From positions 1 through 29,252 of the forward strand of contig CALJWY010000132.1 in NCBI GenBank assembly GCA_937974465.1: a stretch of 29,252 nucleotides of DNA, written 5' to 3'. How positions within the stretch are numbered: the stretch's first letter is position 1; each line of letters opens with the position of its first letter. Source of the DNA: an uncultured Lysobacterales bacterium. Lineage in GTDB: Bacteria > Pseudomonadota > Gammaproteobacteria > Xanthomonadales > SZUA-36. The translations under genes and the position numbers were made by a program. This document shows positions 19,617 through 28,397 of the stretch, piece by piece. A model generated the notes under the pieces. It worked only from the letters and a program-made list of their open reading frames with translations, was not told where the DNA came from and did not search any database.

Positions 19617-20117
19617 ATGCTTAACAGGATTACACCGCGAATTTGGAACCTATGTGTCTTTTTATGCTGTGCATCATTGTTTGGTTTTGCGCTGTATAGC
19701 CAATATATAAATTACCTTGATCCTTGTCCCCTGTGTATTTTGCAACGCTTTGCGTTCCTCGGTATCGGGCTGGTTGCCCTGCTGGCCCTGCTGCACAATC
19801 CAGGGAGTTTCGGGCAGCGCTTTTACGCCTGGGTGCTGGTATTGGTTGGCGCTTTTGGCGCCTTTATTGCCGGCCGGCATGTCTGGTTGCAGAACCTCCC
19901 TGAAGACCAGGTGCCTGAGTGTGGTCCGGGGCTCAACTACATGATAGAAAATTTTCCGCTGAGTGAAGCCGTTGCGAAAATATTCTATGGGTCAGGAAGT
20001 TGCGCAGAGGTGCACTGGCAGTTTTTGGGCATGACAATGCCCATGTGGACATTTGCCTGGTTCGTGGGATTGAGCCTGGTCACCCTGTGGATGGTCTATC
20101 GCCCAGCCAGCCGTTGA
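19617..20117 (+). CDS. dsbB: Disulfide bond formation protein DsbB
   Basis: Four hydrophobic segments, DPCPLCILQR, second periplasmic Cys pair (VPECGPG...GSGSCA). Confidence 0.95.
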   Translation: MLNRITPRIWNLCVFLCCASLFGFALYSQYINYLDPCPLCILQRFAFLGIGLVALLALLHNPGSFGQRFYAWVLVLVGAFGAFIAGRHVWLQNLPEDQVPECGPGLNYMIENFPLSEAVAKIFYGSGSCAEVHWQFLGMTMPMWTFAWFVGLSLVTLWMVYRPASR

Positions 20118-20172
20118 GCGAATCAACCGGGATTCAACTTTTAACAACACATAGAATTGGGAGACGGGATAC

Positions 20173-21531
20173 TTGAACACTTTACCGGAAGAGAAGGATT
20201 GGCAACCTGACTCGTGGCAAGCAAAGGAAGCGAAACAACAGGCGAGTTATCCGGATGCGGCAGAGCTACAGTCTGCACTGGTTGAATTGGCAGCGTTACC
20301 GCCCCTGGTTACATCCTGGGAAATTCTTTCATTAAAGCAGCAAATTGCCCAGGCACAGGCGGGGGAACGGTTTCTGCTGCAGGGTGGGGATTGTGCTGAG
20401 AGCTTTGCGGAATGTAATTCGGATGTCATTACCAACCGGCTCAAAGTTCTCCTGCAAATGAGCCTGGCATTGACCCACGGATTGCAGAAACCGGTAATCC
20501 GGGTTGGCCGGTTCGCCGGGCAGTATGCAAAACCTCGATCCTCGGATGTTGAAACCCGGGCTGGAGTGACATTGCCGAGTTATCGGGGTGACCTGGTCAA
20601 TTCGGTCGATTTCACCCCTGAAGCCCGTCGACCAGACCCTAAGCGACTGATCCAGGGGCATGCCATGTCTTCGATGACAATGAACTTTGTTCGTTCCCTG
20701 GTCGATGGTGGTTTTGCAGATTTACATCACCCTGAGTACTGGAACCTGAGCTGGGTTCAACACTCGCCGCTGGCAACAGAGTTTCAACGATTGGCCGATA
20801 GCCTGGGCCGCGCTGTGAACTTCATGGAAACCATTTCCGGTCGACGTGCCGGTGTACTCAAGCGGGTGGATTTTTATACCTCGCACGAAGCCCTGCATCT
20901 CCACTATGAGCAGGCCGGTACACGCCAGGTGCCACGACAATCAGGCTGGTTTGACCTGACCACCCATTTCCCGTGGATTGGAATGCGCACCGCCGCCCTG
21001 GACGGGGCGCACGTTGAATATTTCAGGGGTATTCGCAATCCCATTGGCATTAAGATAGGGCCCACCGCTGGACCCGACCAGGTTCAGAGGCTTTTGGAAA
21101 TCCTGAACCCGGAATCGGAAGCGGGTCGAATCGTTTTAATTCATCGAATGGGTATGTCACAGATTGAATCCAAACTGCCTCCATTGATCAAGGCGGTGCA
21201 GGATACAGGGTCGCCGGTGTTGTGGGTATGTGATCCCATGCACGGCAATACCGAAACCACCTCATCGGGTATAAAAACCCGCCGTTTCCGTAACATCATG
21301 AATGAGACAGAAACGTCCATCCAACTGCACCACCAGCTTGGTTCGCACCTCGGCGGCGTTCACCTTGAACTCACGGGTGAAAATGTGACTGAATGTACCG
21401 GCGGAGCAAGGAACCTGGTGGAAGCCGATCTGAAACGGGCTTATAAGTCGATTGTAGATCCACGCCTGAATTACGAGCAGGCGCTTGAGCTGTCTATGCT
21501 GATTGTCAATAAATTCGAAAAGTTGAACTAG
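20173..21531 (+). CDS. Class II (plant-type) DAHP synthase
   Basis: LLQGGDCAESF, GRFAGQYAKPRS, FYTSHEAL, CDPMHGNT, GGVHLELTG, DPRLN; TTG start after GGAG. Confidence 0.95.
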   Translation: MNTLPEEKDWQPDSWQAKEAKQQASYPDAAELQSALVELAALPPLVTSWEILSLKQQIAQAQAGERFLLQGGDCAESFAECNSDVITNRLKVLLQMSLALTHGLQKPVIRVGRFAGQYAKPRSSDVETRAGVTLPSYRGDLVNSVDFTPEARRPDPKRLIQGHAMSSMTMNFVRSLVDGGFADLHHPEYWNLSWVQHSPLATEFQRLADSLGRAVNFMETISGRRAGVLKRVDFYTSHEALHLHYEQAGTRQVPRQSGWFDLTTHFPWIGMRTAALDGAHVEYFRGIRNPIGIKIGPTAGPDQVQRLLEILNPESEAGRIVLIHRMGMSQIESKLPPLIKAVQDTGSPVLWVCDPMHGNTETTSSGIKTRRFRNIMNETETSIQLHHQLGSHLGGVHLELTGENVTECTGGARNLVEADLKRAYKSIVDPRLNYEQALELSMLIVNKFEKLN

Positions 21532-21572
21532 GGTCTGTGAACACGACTTGGATCAATGTGTTGCCTACCCTA
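21529..21572. repeat. 44-nt imperfect inverted repeat starting at the DAHP synthase stop codon
   Basis: TAGGGT-CTGTG-AACAC ... GTGTT-GCCT-ACCCTA. Confidence 0.55.
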
Positions 21573-21603
21573 ATGTTGCGGGGCAAAGCTAGAGGAGCGT
21601 AGT

Positions 21604-23469
21604 TTGCGACAGGCGTTTCACATAAAGGCATTGCTGCCAAACAGGGTAAGCTGTTTCGCCGGGTTGGTCATATTGATAGTCTTGTGCATGCCGCTTGCTT
21701 CAGTAGCAGCCAGCGGGCAGGTCCGGCACTCGCTAAGTTTTCCGGTAGACAGGGAGCAGATTATCCTGGTGCGCTCAGAGTTTCCGGTTGCTGCCCCGGT
21801 GACGGTTTTGTCCATGCCAAACTGGACTCCCGGTTCTTACCTGATACGTAATTTCGCCGCCAATGTAGAAGAGGTTTCGGCAACTTCTCCTGACGGCACT
21901 GCATTGCAGATTCACAAGGTCAGCAAAGACCGTTGGCAGGTCGAGACTGGCCAGATCGAGAAGCTGATCATCGAATACCGGGTGTTTACACCAAGAATGG
22001 CTGTTCAACTCAGTTGGGCAAGCAGGGACTATTCGCTCGTCAATGGCGCATCAGTATTCCTCTACTCCGAGCAAACAAGAAATTTCCCACAGTTGCTGGA
22101 GATGAGAGTGAATGCTGAGAGGGGAGACGTCTTCACCGCCCTGCCAGCATCGCAGAATGAGGGAGTTTACCTGGCCGATAATTACGACGAACTGCTTGAT
22201 AATCCCATTGTGGTCGCCAACGCGCCCGTCTATCAATTTGCAGTTGGAGGACAGGATTACAAGTTTGTCAATGTCGGAGAAAACTCCTCCTGGGATGGTT
22301 CTGCAGCGGCGGATGCGGTGGAGAAAATCGTTGCTGAAACCCAGTCATTCTGGGGTGTGAACCCACTGCAAAGGCCATATTGGTTCCTGAATTTTGCCAT
22401 TGGCGGCAGGGGTGGGCTGGAGCATGATCACAGCACGGTGATGATTTCAGACCGGCGGTCAATGCGTGACCGCGACGCCTACATTGCCTGGCTGGGCATT
22501 GTTGCGCATGAGTTTTTTCATGTCTGGAATGTGCGTAATATGCGCCCGGCAGCTCTCGGTCAATATGATTACCAGAAAGAGCAATACACTAGCCAATTAT
22601 GGATTGCAGAGGGTTTGACCAGCTATTTTGACAACCTGATCCTGGCCCGTGCCGGCCTGATTGACCTGGAGGAATATCTTGAATTACTCGCAAGCAGCAT
22701 ACACCGGCTTGAGACCACCCCCGGCCGCCTGGTTCGCCCGGTTACCGAGGCTTCATTTGATACCTGGATTCGTCATTACACACCCGGTTCCAATACCGTC
22801 AACAGCACCATCAGTTATTACACAAAAGGTGCGGTGATAGGCTTCGTCCTGGATGCCTACATCCGCAAGACGAGTAAGGGCAGGCGCAACCTGGACAGGG
22901 TTATGCAGGAAATGTACCGGGAGTATTCCGATACGCCATATGCCCAGGATGCGTTTGAGCGCATCCTGGTTGATGTGGGTGGCAGCGGGGCGGGTGAATT
23001 GCTGCAGTCAATGCTGACGACGACCTCGGAGCTTGATGTTGATACAGCACTCGACTGGTACGGGCTGCGGCTTGAACGGCGTGAGGCAGTTGAATCGGAT
23101 GACGGCAAGGCTGCTGATCCACCCAGCAGTGGAATGGGGGTGATCTGGGATCAGGACAAACCGGTATTGACGATCAAAGCAGTTCTTGCAGAAAGGGGAG
23201 CAGCCAGGGCTGGCCTGATGGCCGGTGATGAATTGATTGCCATCGGTGACGAGCGGCTGAATAAAGGCAACCTGGATAGTCTGCTCGGCCGTTTCCTGCC
23301 GGGTGAAGTGGTAACCGTCCTGGTCGCGCGCCGCGGCAAAATTCTCAGCCGTCAAATCACCCTTGATACCGCACTGCCTGAGCGATTTGATATCGTGGTC
23401 TCAGATGGTTTTGGAAAACGGCATGTGACGCGCTTGCAGAACCTGCTCGGGCAGAAATTAACTCAATAA
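21604..23469 (+). CDS. M61 (glycyl aminopeptidase-like) zinc metallopeptidase with C-terminal PDZ domain, probably exported
   Basis: MPNWTPGSY, GGLEH, AHEFFHVWNV (HExxH), WIAEGLTSY, SYYTKG, PDZ-like AGLMAGDELIAI; hydrophobic N-terminal signal-like segment; GAGGAG SD before TTG. Confidence 0.9.
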   Translation: MRQAFHIKALLPNRVSCFAGLVILIVLCMPLASVAASGQVRHSLSFPVDREQIILVRSEFPVAAPVTVLSMPNWTPGSYLIRNFAANVEEVSATSPDGTALQIHKVSKDRWQVETGQIEKLIIEYRVFTPRMAVQLSWASRDYSLVNGASVFLYSEQTRNFPQLLEMRVNAERGDVFTALPASQNEGVYLADNYDELLDNPIVVANAPVYQFAVGGQDYKFVNVGENSSWDGSAAADAVEKIVAETQSFWGVNPLQRPYWFLNFAIGGRGGLEHDHSTVMISDRRSMRDRDAYIAWLGIVAHEFFHVWNVRNMRPAALGQYDYQKEQYTSQLWIAEGLTSYFDNLILARAGLIDLEEYLELLASSIHRLETTPGRLVRPVTEASFDTWIRHYTPGSNTVNSTISYYTKGAVIGFVLDAYIRKTSKGRRNLDRVMQEMYREYSDTPYAQDAFERILVDVGGSGAGELLQSMLTTTSELDVDTALDWYGLRLERREAVESDDGKAADPPSSGMGVIWDQDKPVLTIKAVLAERGAARAGLMAGDELIAIGDERLNKGNLDSLLGRFLPGEVVTVLVARRGKILSRQITLDTALPERFDIVVSDGFGKRHVTRLQNLLGQKLTQ

Positions 23470-23512
23470 AACCAGCGGCGTCTGGTAATTACCCAACTGC
23501 CGCCCCGGTTTC

Positions 23513-25354
23513 TCAGGCTTCCTGTTTTTTGGCCGCGCGACCGGCTGTTTTGCGTTCGTGTTCCTTCAGGTGTAGTTTTCGAACCCGGATGGAGTTAGGT
23601 GTCACCTCCACCAGTTCGTCGTCCTGGATGAACTCCAGTGATTGTTCGAGGGTCATGATTTGTGGTGGCGCAAGCAGTACATTATCGTCCTTGATAACGG
23701 TTCGAATATTTGTCAATTGCTTGGCTTTCAACGGATTTACGGTCAAGTCATTACCACGGTTATGTAAACCGATCACCTGGCCTTCATAAATGTCGACGCC
23801 ACCTTCGATAATCATGCGTCCCCGATCCTGCAGATTATACAGCGCGTAGGCGACGGCCTTGCCCGTGCTGTTTGAAATCAGTACGCCATTGTTGCGGGTC
23901 GATATGGGCGCCGGGTTATAAGGCCCATATTTTTCAAAGCTATGAAATAACAGGCCGGTTCCGGCAGTCAGGGTGCGAAACTCTGACTGAAAGCCGATCA
24001 GCCCACGGGCGGGAATCATGTAATCCATGCGGATTCTGCCCTTGCCATCGGGTTGCATATCCTGGATTACGCCACGGCGCTCACCCAGTTTCTCCATCAC
24101 GGCGCCCTGGTAATCGGACTCCAGGTCCACGACCAGTAACTCGTAAGGCTCTTCGGTTTTCCCGTCGACCTCATGCAGGATCACCTCAGGCCGCGAGATG
24201 GCCATTTCATAACCTTCTCGGCGCATGGTTTCAATCAGGATGGAAAGGTGTAGCTCGCCACGTCCGGAAACGCGAAATCTCTCCGCGTCGCTGGTTTCCT
24301 CGATACGCAAAGCCACGTTATGGCTGGCTTCACGAAACAATCGTTCGCGCAGTTGCCGGGAGGTGAGGTACTTGCCTTCGCGGCCGGCGAAAGGTGAATT
24401 GTTGACGCGGAAAGTCATGCTGATGGTGGGTTCATCAACGGTCAGTGGCGGCAGGGCCTCGACCGCGTCCCGGTCACACAAGGTATCTGATATACGCAGA
24501 TTCTCTACACCGGTAACAGCAATGATGTCGCCCGCGTTGGCTTCAGCGGTCTCAATCCGCTCCAGGCCGCGAAAACCCAGGACCTGCAAAATTCGTGCGT
24601 TGTGCTGTTCACCGTAGCGGTCGATCACGGTAAGGCGCTGATTGGGCTTGACGGTGCCGCGCTGCACCCTGCCAATACCGATCACTCCAACGTAGGTGTT
24701 GTAGTCCAGGGTTGTTACACGCATCTGGAACGGACCTTCCAGGTCGACCTCCGGTGGTTTAACCTCATTGACGATGGTTTCAAACAAGGGGGTCATGTCA
24801 CCTGCACGAACATCGTCCTCAAGTCCGGCATAGCCTTGTAAAGCAGAGGCATAAACCACCGGGAAGTCGAGTTGTTCTTCGCTCGCGCCAAGGTTATCAA
24901 ACAGTTCGAAAGTCTGGTCCAGTACCCAGTGAGGGCGGGCGCCTTCGCGGTCTACCTTGTTAATGACCACGATGGGCCGGAAACCCATCTCGAAAGCTTT
25001 CTGTGTCACAAACCGTGTTTGCGGCATTGGCCCATCGACCGCATCTACCAGTAACAGCACGGAATCCACCATGCTCAGTATGCGCTCAACCTCGCCGCCA
25101 AAATCGGCATGGCCAGGTGTATCTACAATATTGATTCGGTAAGGCGTGTCGCCATCGGTCCAGTTAATTGCCGTGTTCTTTGAAAGAATCGTGATGCCAC
25201 GCTCTTTTTCCAACTCATTGGAGTCCATCGCGCGGTCAAGCGTTGCCGAGTGTTCGCCCATCGTGCCGGACTGCTGTAGCAGCTGGTCGACGAGCGTGGT
25301 TTTGCCATGGTCTACGTGGGCGATGATGGCAATATTTCTAAGTGTTTTGATCAC
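23513..25354 (-). CDS. typA: Translational GTPase TypA/BipA
   Basis: [45 protein letters not shown]-terminal domain; start set at GTG 25354 ([11 protein letters not shown]). Confidence 0.97.
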   Translation of the reverse strand: MIKTLRNIAIIAHVDHGKTTLVDQLLQQSGTMGEHSATLDRAMDSNELEKERGITILSKNTAINWTDGDTPYRINIVDTPGHADFGGEVERILSMVDSVLLLVDAVDGPMPQTRFVTQKAFEMGFRPIVVINKVDREGARPHWVLDQTFELFDNLGASEEQLDFPVVYASALQGYAGLEDDVRAGDMTPLFETIVNEVKPPEVDLEGPFQMRVTTLDYNTYVGVIGIGRVQRGTVKPNQRLTVIDRYGEQHNARILQVLGFRGLERIETAEANAGDIIAVTGVENLRISDTLCDRDAVEALPPLTVDEPTISMTFRVNNSPFAGREGKYLTSRQLRERLFREASHNVALRIEETSDAERFRVSGRGELHLSILIETMRREGYEMAISRPEVILHEVDGKTEEPYELLVVDLESDYQGAVMEKLGERRGVIQDMQPDGKGRIRMDYMIPARGLIGFQSEFRTLTAGTGLLFHSFEKYGPYNPAPISTRNNGVLISNSTGKAVAYALYNLQDRGRMIIEGGVDIYEGQVIGLHNRGNDLTVNPLKAKQLTNIRTVIKDDNVLLAPPQIMTLEQSLEFIQDDELVEVTPNSIRVRKLHLKEHERKTAGRAAKKQEA

Positions 25355-25375
25355 GGTGGATTCCAATCGGGGTAA

Positions 25376-25430
25376 GCGCGCGCAAGTTACACGCTTTGGC
25401 CACTTTAAGCAATGTTTTATTTAAAAAACA
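25376..25430 (-). promoter_or_regulatory. Putative sigma70 promoter of typA with UP element and GC-rich discriminator
   Basis: Minus strand TTGCTT (25412-25407) -N17- TAACTT (25389-25384), then GCGCGCGC; A/T tract upstream of the -35. Confidence 0.55.
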
Positions 25431-25574
25431 GCAGGATAAATAAGCCGGAATATGTGCGCGCGGGTCGCTCCCGGGTAAAAAGTTGGTTTATACTTGCCAA
25501 CCTTGACTGCCTGCACCAGTGCAAAACGAGCAGGCGTGCAGCGATCTGAAAATCATTATCCTAAGGACATCGTT

Positions 25575-27134
25575 ATGACAGAAAAAAATGGTGTGTTAAG
25601 TCAGTTTCCCAGGTCATTCTGGGCTGCCAATACCATGGAGATCTTTGAACGCATGGGTTGGTATGGTTTCTACGCCGTTTCTACCCTGTATCTCACCGGT
25701 TCAGTGGAGGACGGCGGGCTGGGGTTTTCCTCGGCTGACCGCGGCGTAATACAGGGTTTAGCAACCTTTTTCCTGTATCTTTTCCCAGCGGTGTTTGGCG
25801 CCCTGGCAGACCGCTATGGCTACAAGAAGATGTTCCTGGCATCTGCGGTCGTGATGGCGCCATCGTATCTGATTCTGTCCCTGCCAACCGGCTTTTGGCC
25901 ATTTCTTGCGGCTTACTTCCTGGTGGCGGTTGGCCACGGTATGTTCAAGCCGGTGGTGATTTCCACCGTCGCCAAGTCCACCAATGAAGAGAATGGCTCA
26001 GTGGGTTTCGGTATTTTTTACATGATGGTTAATATCGGCGGCTTTATCGGTCCGATCGTCGCGGGCATTGTGCGTGGCTGGAACTGGAACCTGGTGTTCT
26101 ATGCGTCCGCAGGCTGGATTATCATCATGTCGATTGTCTGCTTGATAGTGTACAAAGAGCCGCCAAGGGATGTCGAAGCCGAGAGCCACAGGTCTCTGGC
26201 AGAAGTTTTTAGCGGTATGGTGGAAGTGGTTGGCAATCTGCGCTTTTTTGTCTTGATTTCCGGTTTGTTGGTGGTGCTGGTGATGGGCTCCAAATGGTGG
26301 AGTTTTTCTCTGGTTGGCATGGTGGCTGCAGGATGGCTGGCGATAAACCTGATCCTTGACGTGTTGTTTCGCGCCGATAATTCGTCACGGGCATCACGCA
26401 AATGGTATTCACAACCAATGATTATAGGCGAGGGACGCTACCTGCTGTTTCTTTTGCTGATGGCCGGTTTCTGGATTTCTTTCAACCAGATCTTTATGAC
26501 ATTGCCAGAGTACATTCGTGATTATGTTGATACATCAGACCTGATCACATCCTTCACCCCGATTGCCGGTTGGTTTACCGGGCTTGCCGGCGCCATTGGT
26601 TTTGATACCAGCAATTGGCACCGCGCAGTGCTGGAGCATGGCCAGATCAAACCGGAGCACTTGATCAACCTGAATGCGTTCGGAATCATTTGTTTCCAGG
26701 TCTTGGTGTCCTATTTCATGCGTAAGACATCACCCCTCACCAGTATCATTGCCGGTGTTTGTGTCACCATCGCCAGCTTTGGCCTGTACCTGGTTGGGAT
26801 GAGTGGATGGATCGTGGTTTCCGCCATCCTGGTGTTTTCCGTCGGTGAAATGATGGCGAGCCCACGTTCCAAGGAGTATGCCGGGCGTATTGCCCCACCC
26901 GAAAAAGTCGGCATGTACATGGGGTATTTCTATTGGTGCGTGGCTTTGGGTAACCTGTTTGGTGGACTGCTATCAGGTTTGTCCTACCAGTATTTTGGAC
27001 CCCAGGGAATTAACCGCCCCGACCTGATGTGGATACTATTCGCAGCCCTGGCAGGTATCACAGCAGTATCGTTGGTGATCTACAACCAAAGGGTTGTGCC
27101 AGGCGCTGACCGTGCTGTCAGGACAACGACGTAA
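25575..27134 (+). CDS. MFS transporter, POT/PTR (proton-dependent oligopeptide) type
   Basis: EIFERMGWYG (ExxER motif), GALADRYG, GHGMFKP, FYMMVNIGG, GEMMASP; extra central TM pair; ATG 25575 after AAGGA (the track's 25494 start is unlikely). Confidence 0.88.
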   Translation: MTEKNGVLSQFPRSFWAANTMEIFERMGWYGFYAVSTLYLTGSVEDGGLGFSSADRGVIQGLATFFLYLFPAVFGALADRYGYKKMFLASAVVMAPSYLILSLPTGFWPFLAAYFLVAVGHGMFKPVVISTVAKSTNEENGSVGFGIFYMMVNIGGFIGPIVAGIVRGWNWNLVFYASAGWIIIMSIVCLIVYKEPPRDVEAESHRSLAEVFSGMVEVVGNLRFFVLISGLLVVLVMGSKWWSFSLVGMVAAGWLAINLILDVLFRADNSSRASRKWYSQPMIIGEGRYLLFLLLMAGFWISFNQIFMTLPEYIRDYVDTSDLITSFTPIAGWFTGLAGAIGFDTSNWHRAVLEHGQIKPEHLINLNAFGIICFQVLVSYFMRKTSPLTSIIAGVCVTIASFGLYLVGMSGWIVVSAILVFSVGEMMASPRSKEYAGRIAPPEKVGMYMGYFYWCVALGNLFGGLLSGLSYQYFGPQGINRPDLMWILFAALAGITAVSLVIYNQRVVPGADRAVRTTT

Positions 27135-27142
27135 TTACCGCA

Positions 27143-27160
27143 AGCCCGCTTGCGCGGGCT
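27143..27160. terminator. GC-rich hairpin after the MFS gene
   Basis: AGCCCGC-TTGC-GCGGGCT, 7-bp stem; no good U-tract. Confidence 0.4.
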
Positions 27161-27225
27161 GAGTTTGCGTTAGCACAAGCCGTTGGCTATTCTAGCAATC
27201 CGCAACATTACCAGGTGCCACAACC

Positions 27226-28206
27226 GTGTTTGATACCGAACAAAAAATATTATTCGCCTTTCCGGGGCAGGGCTCACAATACAAGGGCATGGGCAGTGAC
27301 CTTTATCAAGAATTCGAGGTTGCAAAACGTGTGTATCAAAAAGCCAGCGAAGTGCTGGGCTATGATATTGCCGAGCTGTCTTTCAATGATCCGCAAGACA
27401 AGCTGAACCTGACCCAATATACCCAGCCAGCCCTGTTGACCCACTCCATAGCCAGCCTGGAGGTTTTCAAACACCTGACAGCTGACCGGGTGCAACCCGT
27501 GATGACGGCTGGCCACAGCCTCGGCGAATATTCCGCGCTGGTTGCGGCCGGATCCCTGGGTTTTGAAAACGCATTAAAACTGGTGCAGAGACGGGGTGAA
27601 TTAATGGGTGAGCACGGGCAGGGCGAGATGACCGCTTTCCCGATGGATCTCGATACCATTCGGCCCATTGCTGAACGCTATCATTGCGCGATTGCCGGTT
27701 GTAATTTGCCGCAACAGACCGTCATTGCCGGCCGGGCCGAAGACCTGGAGTTGGTTGAAAGCCAGGTGTTGGAGCAATTTCCACGTAAACGCCCGGTGCG
27801 TTTAAAGACTGAAGGCGCATTCCACACCTATTACATGGTCAAGGCCGCGCAGTATTATCGAGAGGTTCTTGAAGCTGCTGAGTTCAGCCTGTCGGATGTT
27901 CAGGTTCTGTCCAATTTTACCGGAGGTTTCCACGCGCCTGACCCCGCGGATATCCGCGCGCGCTTGTTCTTCCAATTATTCCATCCGGTGATGTGGCATG
28001 AAAACCTCAAAACAGCGTTTGCCAGTGGCGTTGATGTGATTTTTGAGTTCGGAGGCGGTATTGGCAAGGGCACAGAACCGGAAGACAAACGGCCAAACCT
28101 GGAAGGTATGATCAAGAAGGCGTTGCGGACCACCGATTATGAGGTTCAGTACCATGCGGCCATCAACCAACAGTCCCTGCAAGAGGCCGTGGATTCTGTG
28201 CTTTGA
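27226..28206 (+). CDS. FabD-like malonyl-CoA:ACP transacylase (stand-alone acyltransferase)
   Basis: FPGQGSQ, TQPAL, AGHSLGEYSA (catalytic Ser), RRGELM (Arg), GAFH (His), QLFHPVMW; GTG start. Confidence 0.9.
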   Translation: MFDTEQKILFAFPGQGSQYKGMGSDLYQEFEVAKRVYQKASEVLGYDIAELSFNDPQDKLNLTQYTQPALLTHSIASLEVFKHLTADRVQPVMTAGHSLGEYSALVAAGSLGFENALKLVQRRGELMGEHGQGEMTAFPMDLDTIRPIAERYHCAIAGCNLPQQTVIAGRAEDLELVESQVLEQFPRKRPVRLKTEGAFHTYYMVKAAQYYREVLEAAEFSLSDVQVLSNFTGGFHAPDPADIRARLFFQLFHPVMWHENLKTAFASGVDVIFEFGGGIGKGTEPEDKRPNLEGMIKKALRTTDYEVQYHAAINQQSLQEAVDSVL

Positions 28207-28397
28207 GACGGCTGCGTTAACTGCCTGGATATAGAGCAGGGAATATTGCCCTGTCAGGCTGGTATTGAGCCGGCATTTCGCACGCGCTGGAGAAAAACAG
28301 GTCTGGACTTTTACAGACTTGGTAAATAACCTGTTCTGATAATAACGCAATCGACTATCCGCACATTAATCACCGATTGTGAAAGGCGAGAAAAGCG

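Noticed and set aside
23529-25424. Several plus-strand ORFs (up to 164 aa) antisense to typA, and similar ones antisense to r-protein genes, secY and the hut genes
   Set aside because: Typical antisense shadows of codon-biased genes; no SD or domain evidence.
25494-25574. N-terminal extension of the MFS ORF from the TTG at 25494
   Set aside because: There is a clear AAGGA SD before ATG 25575 and family similarity begins there.
28207-28397. Possible cobalamin riboswitch upstream of the B12-dependent mutase (AGGGAA, GCCC, GAGCCGG and nested hairpins GCCTG/CAGGC, CAGGG/CCCTG)
   Set aside because: The core GGTG..AATCC and CCCGCxACTGT elements are missing. An Rfam covariance-model scan would be needed; not supported by eye.
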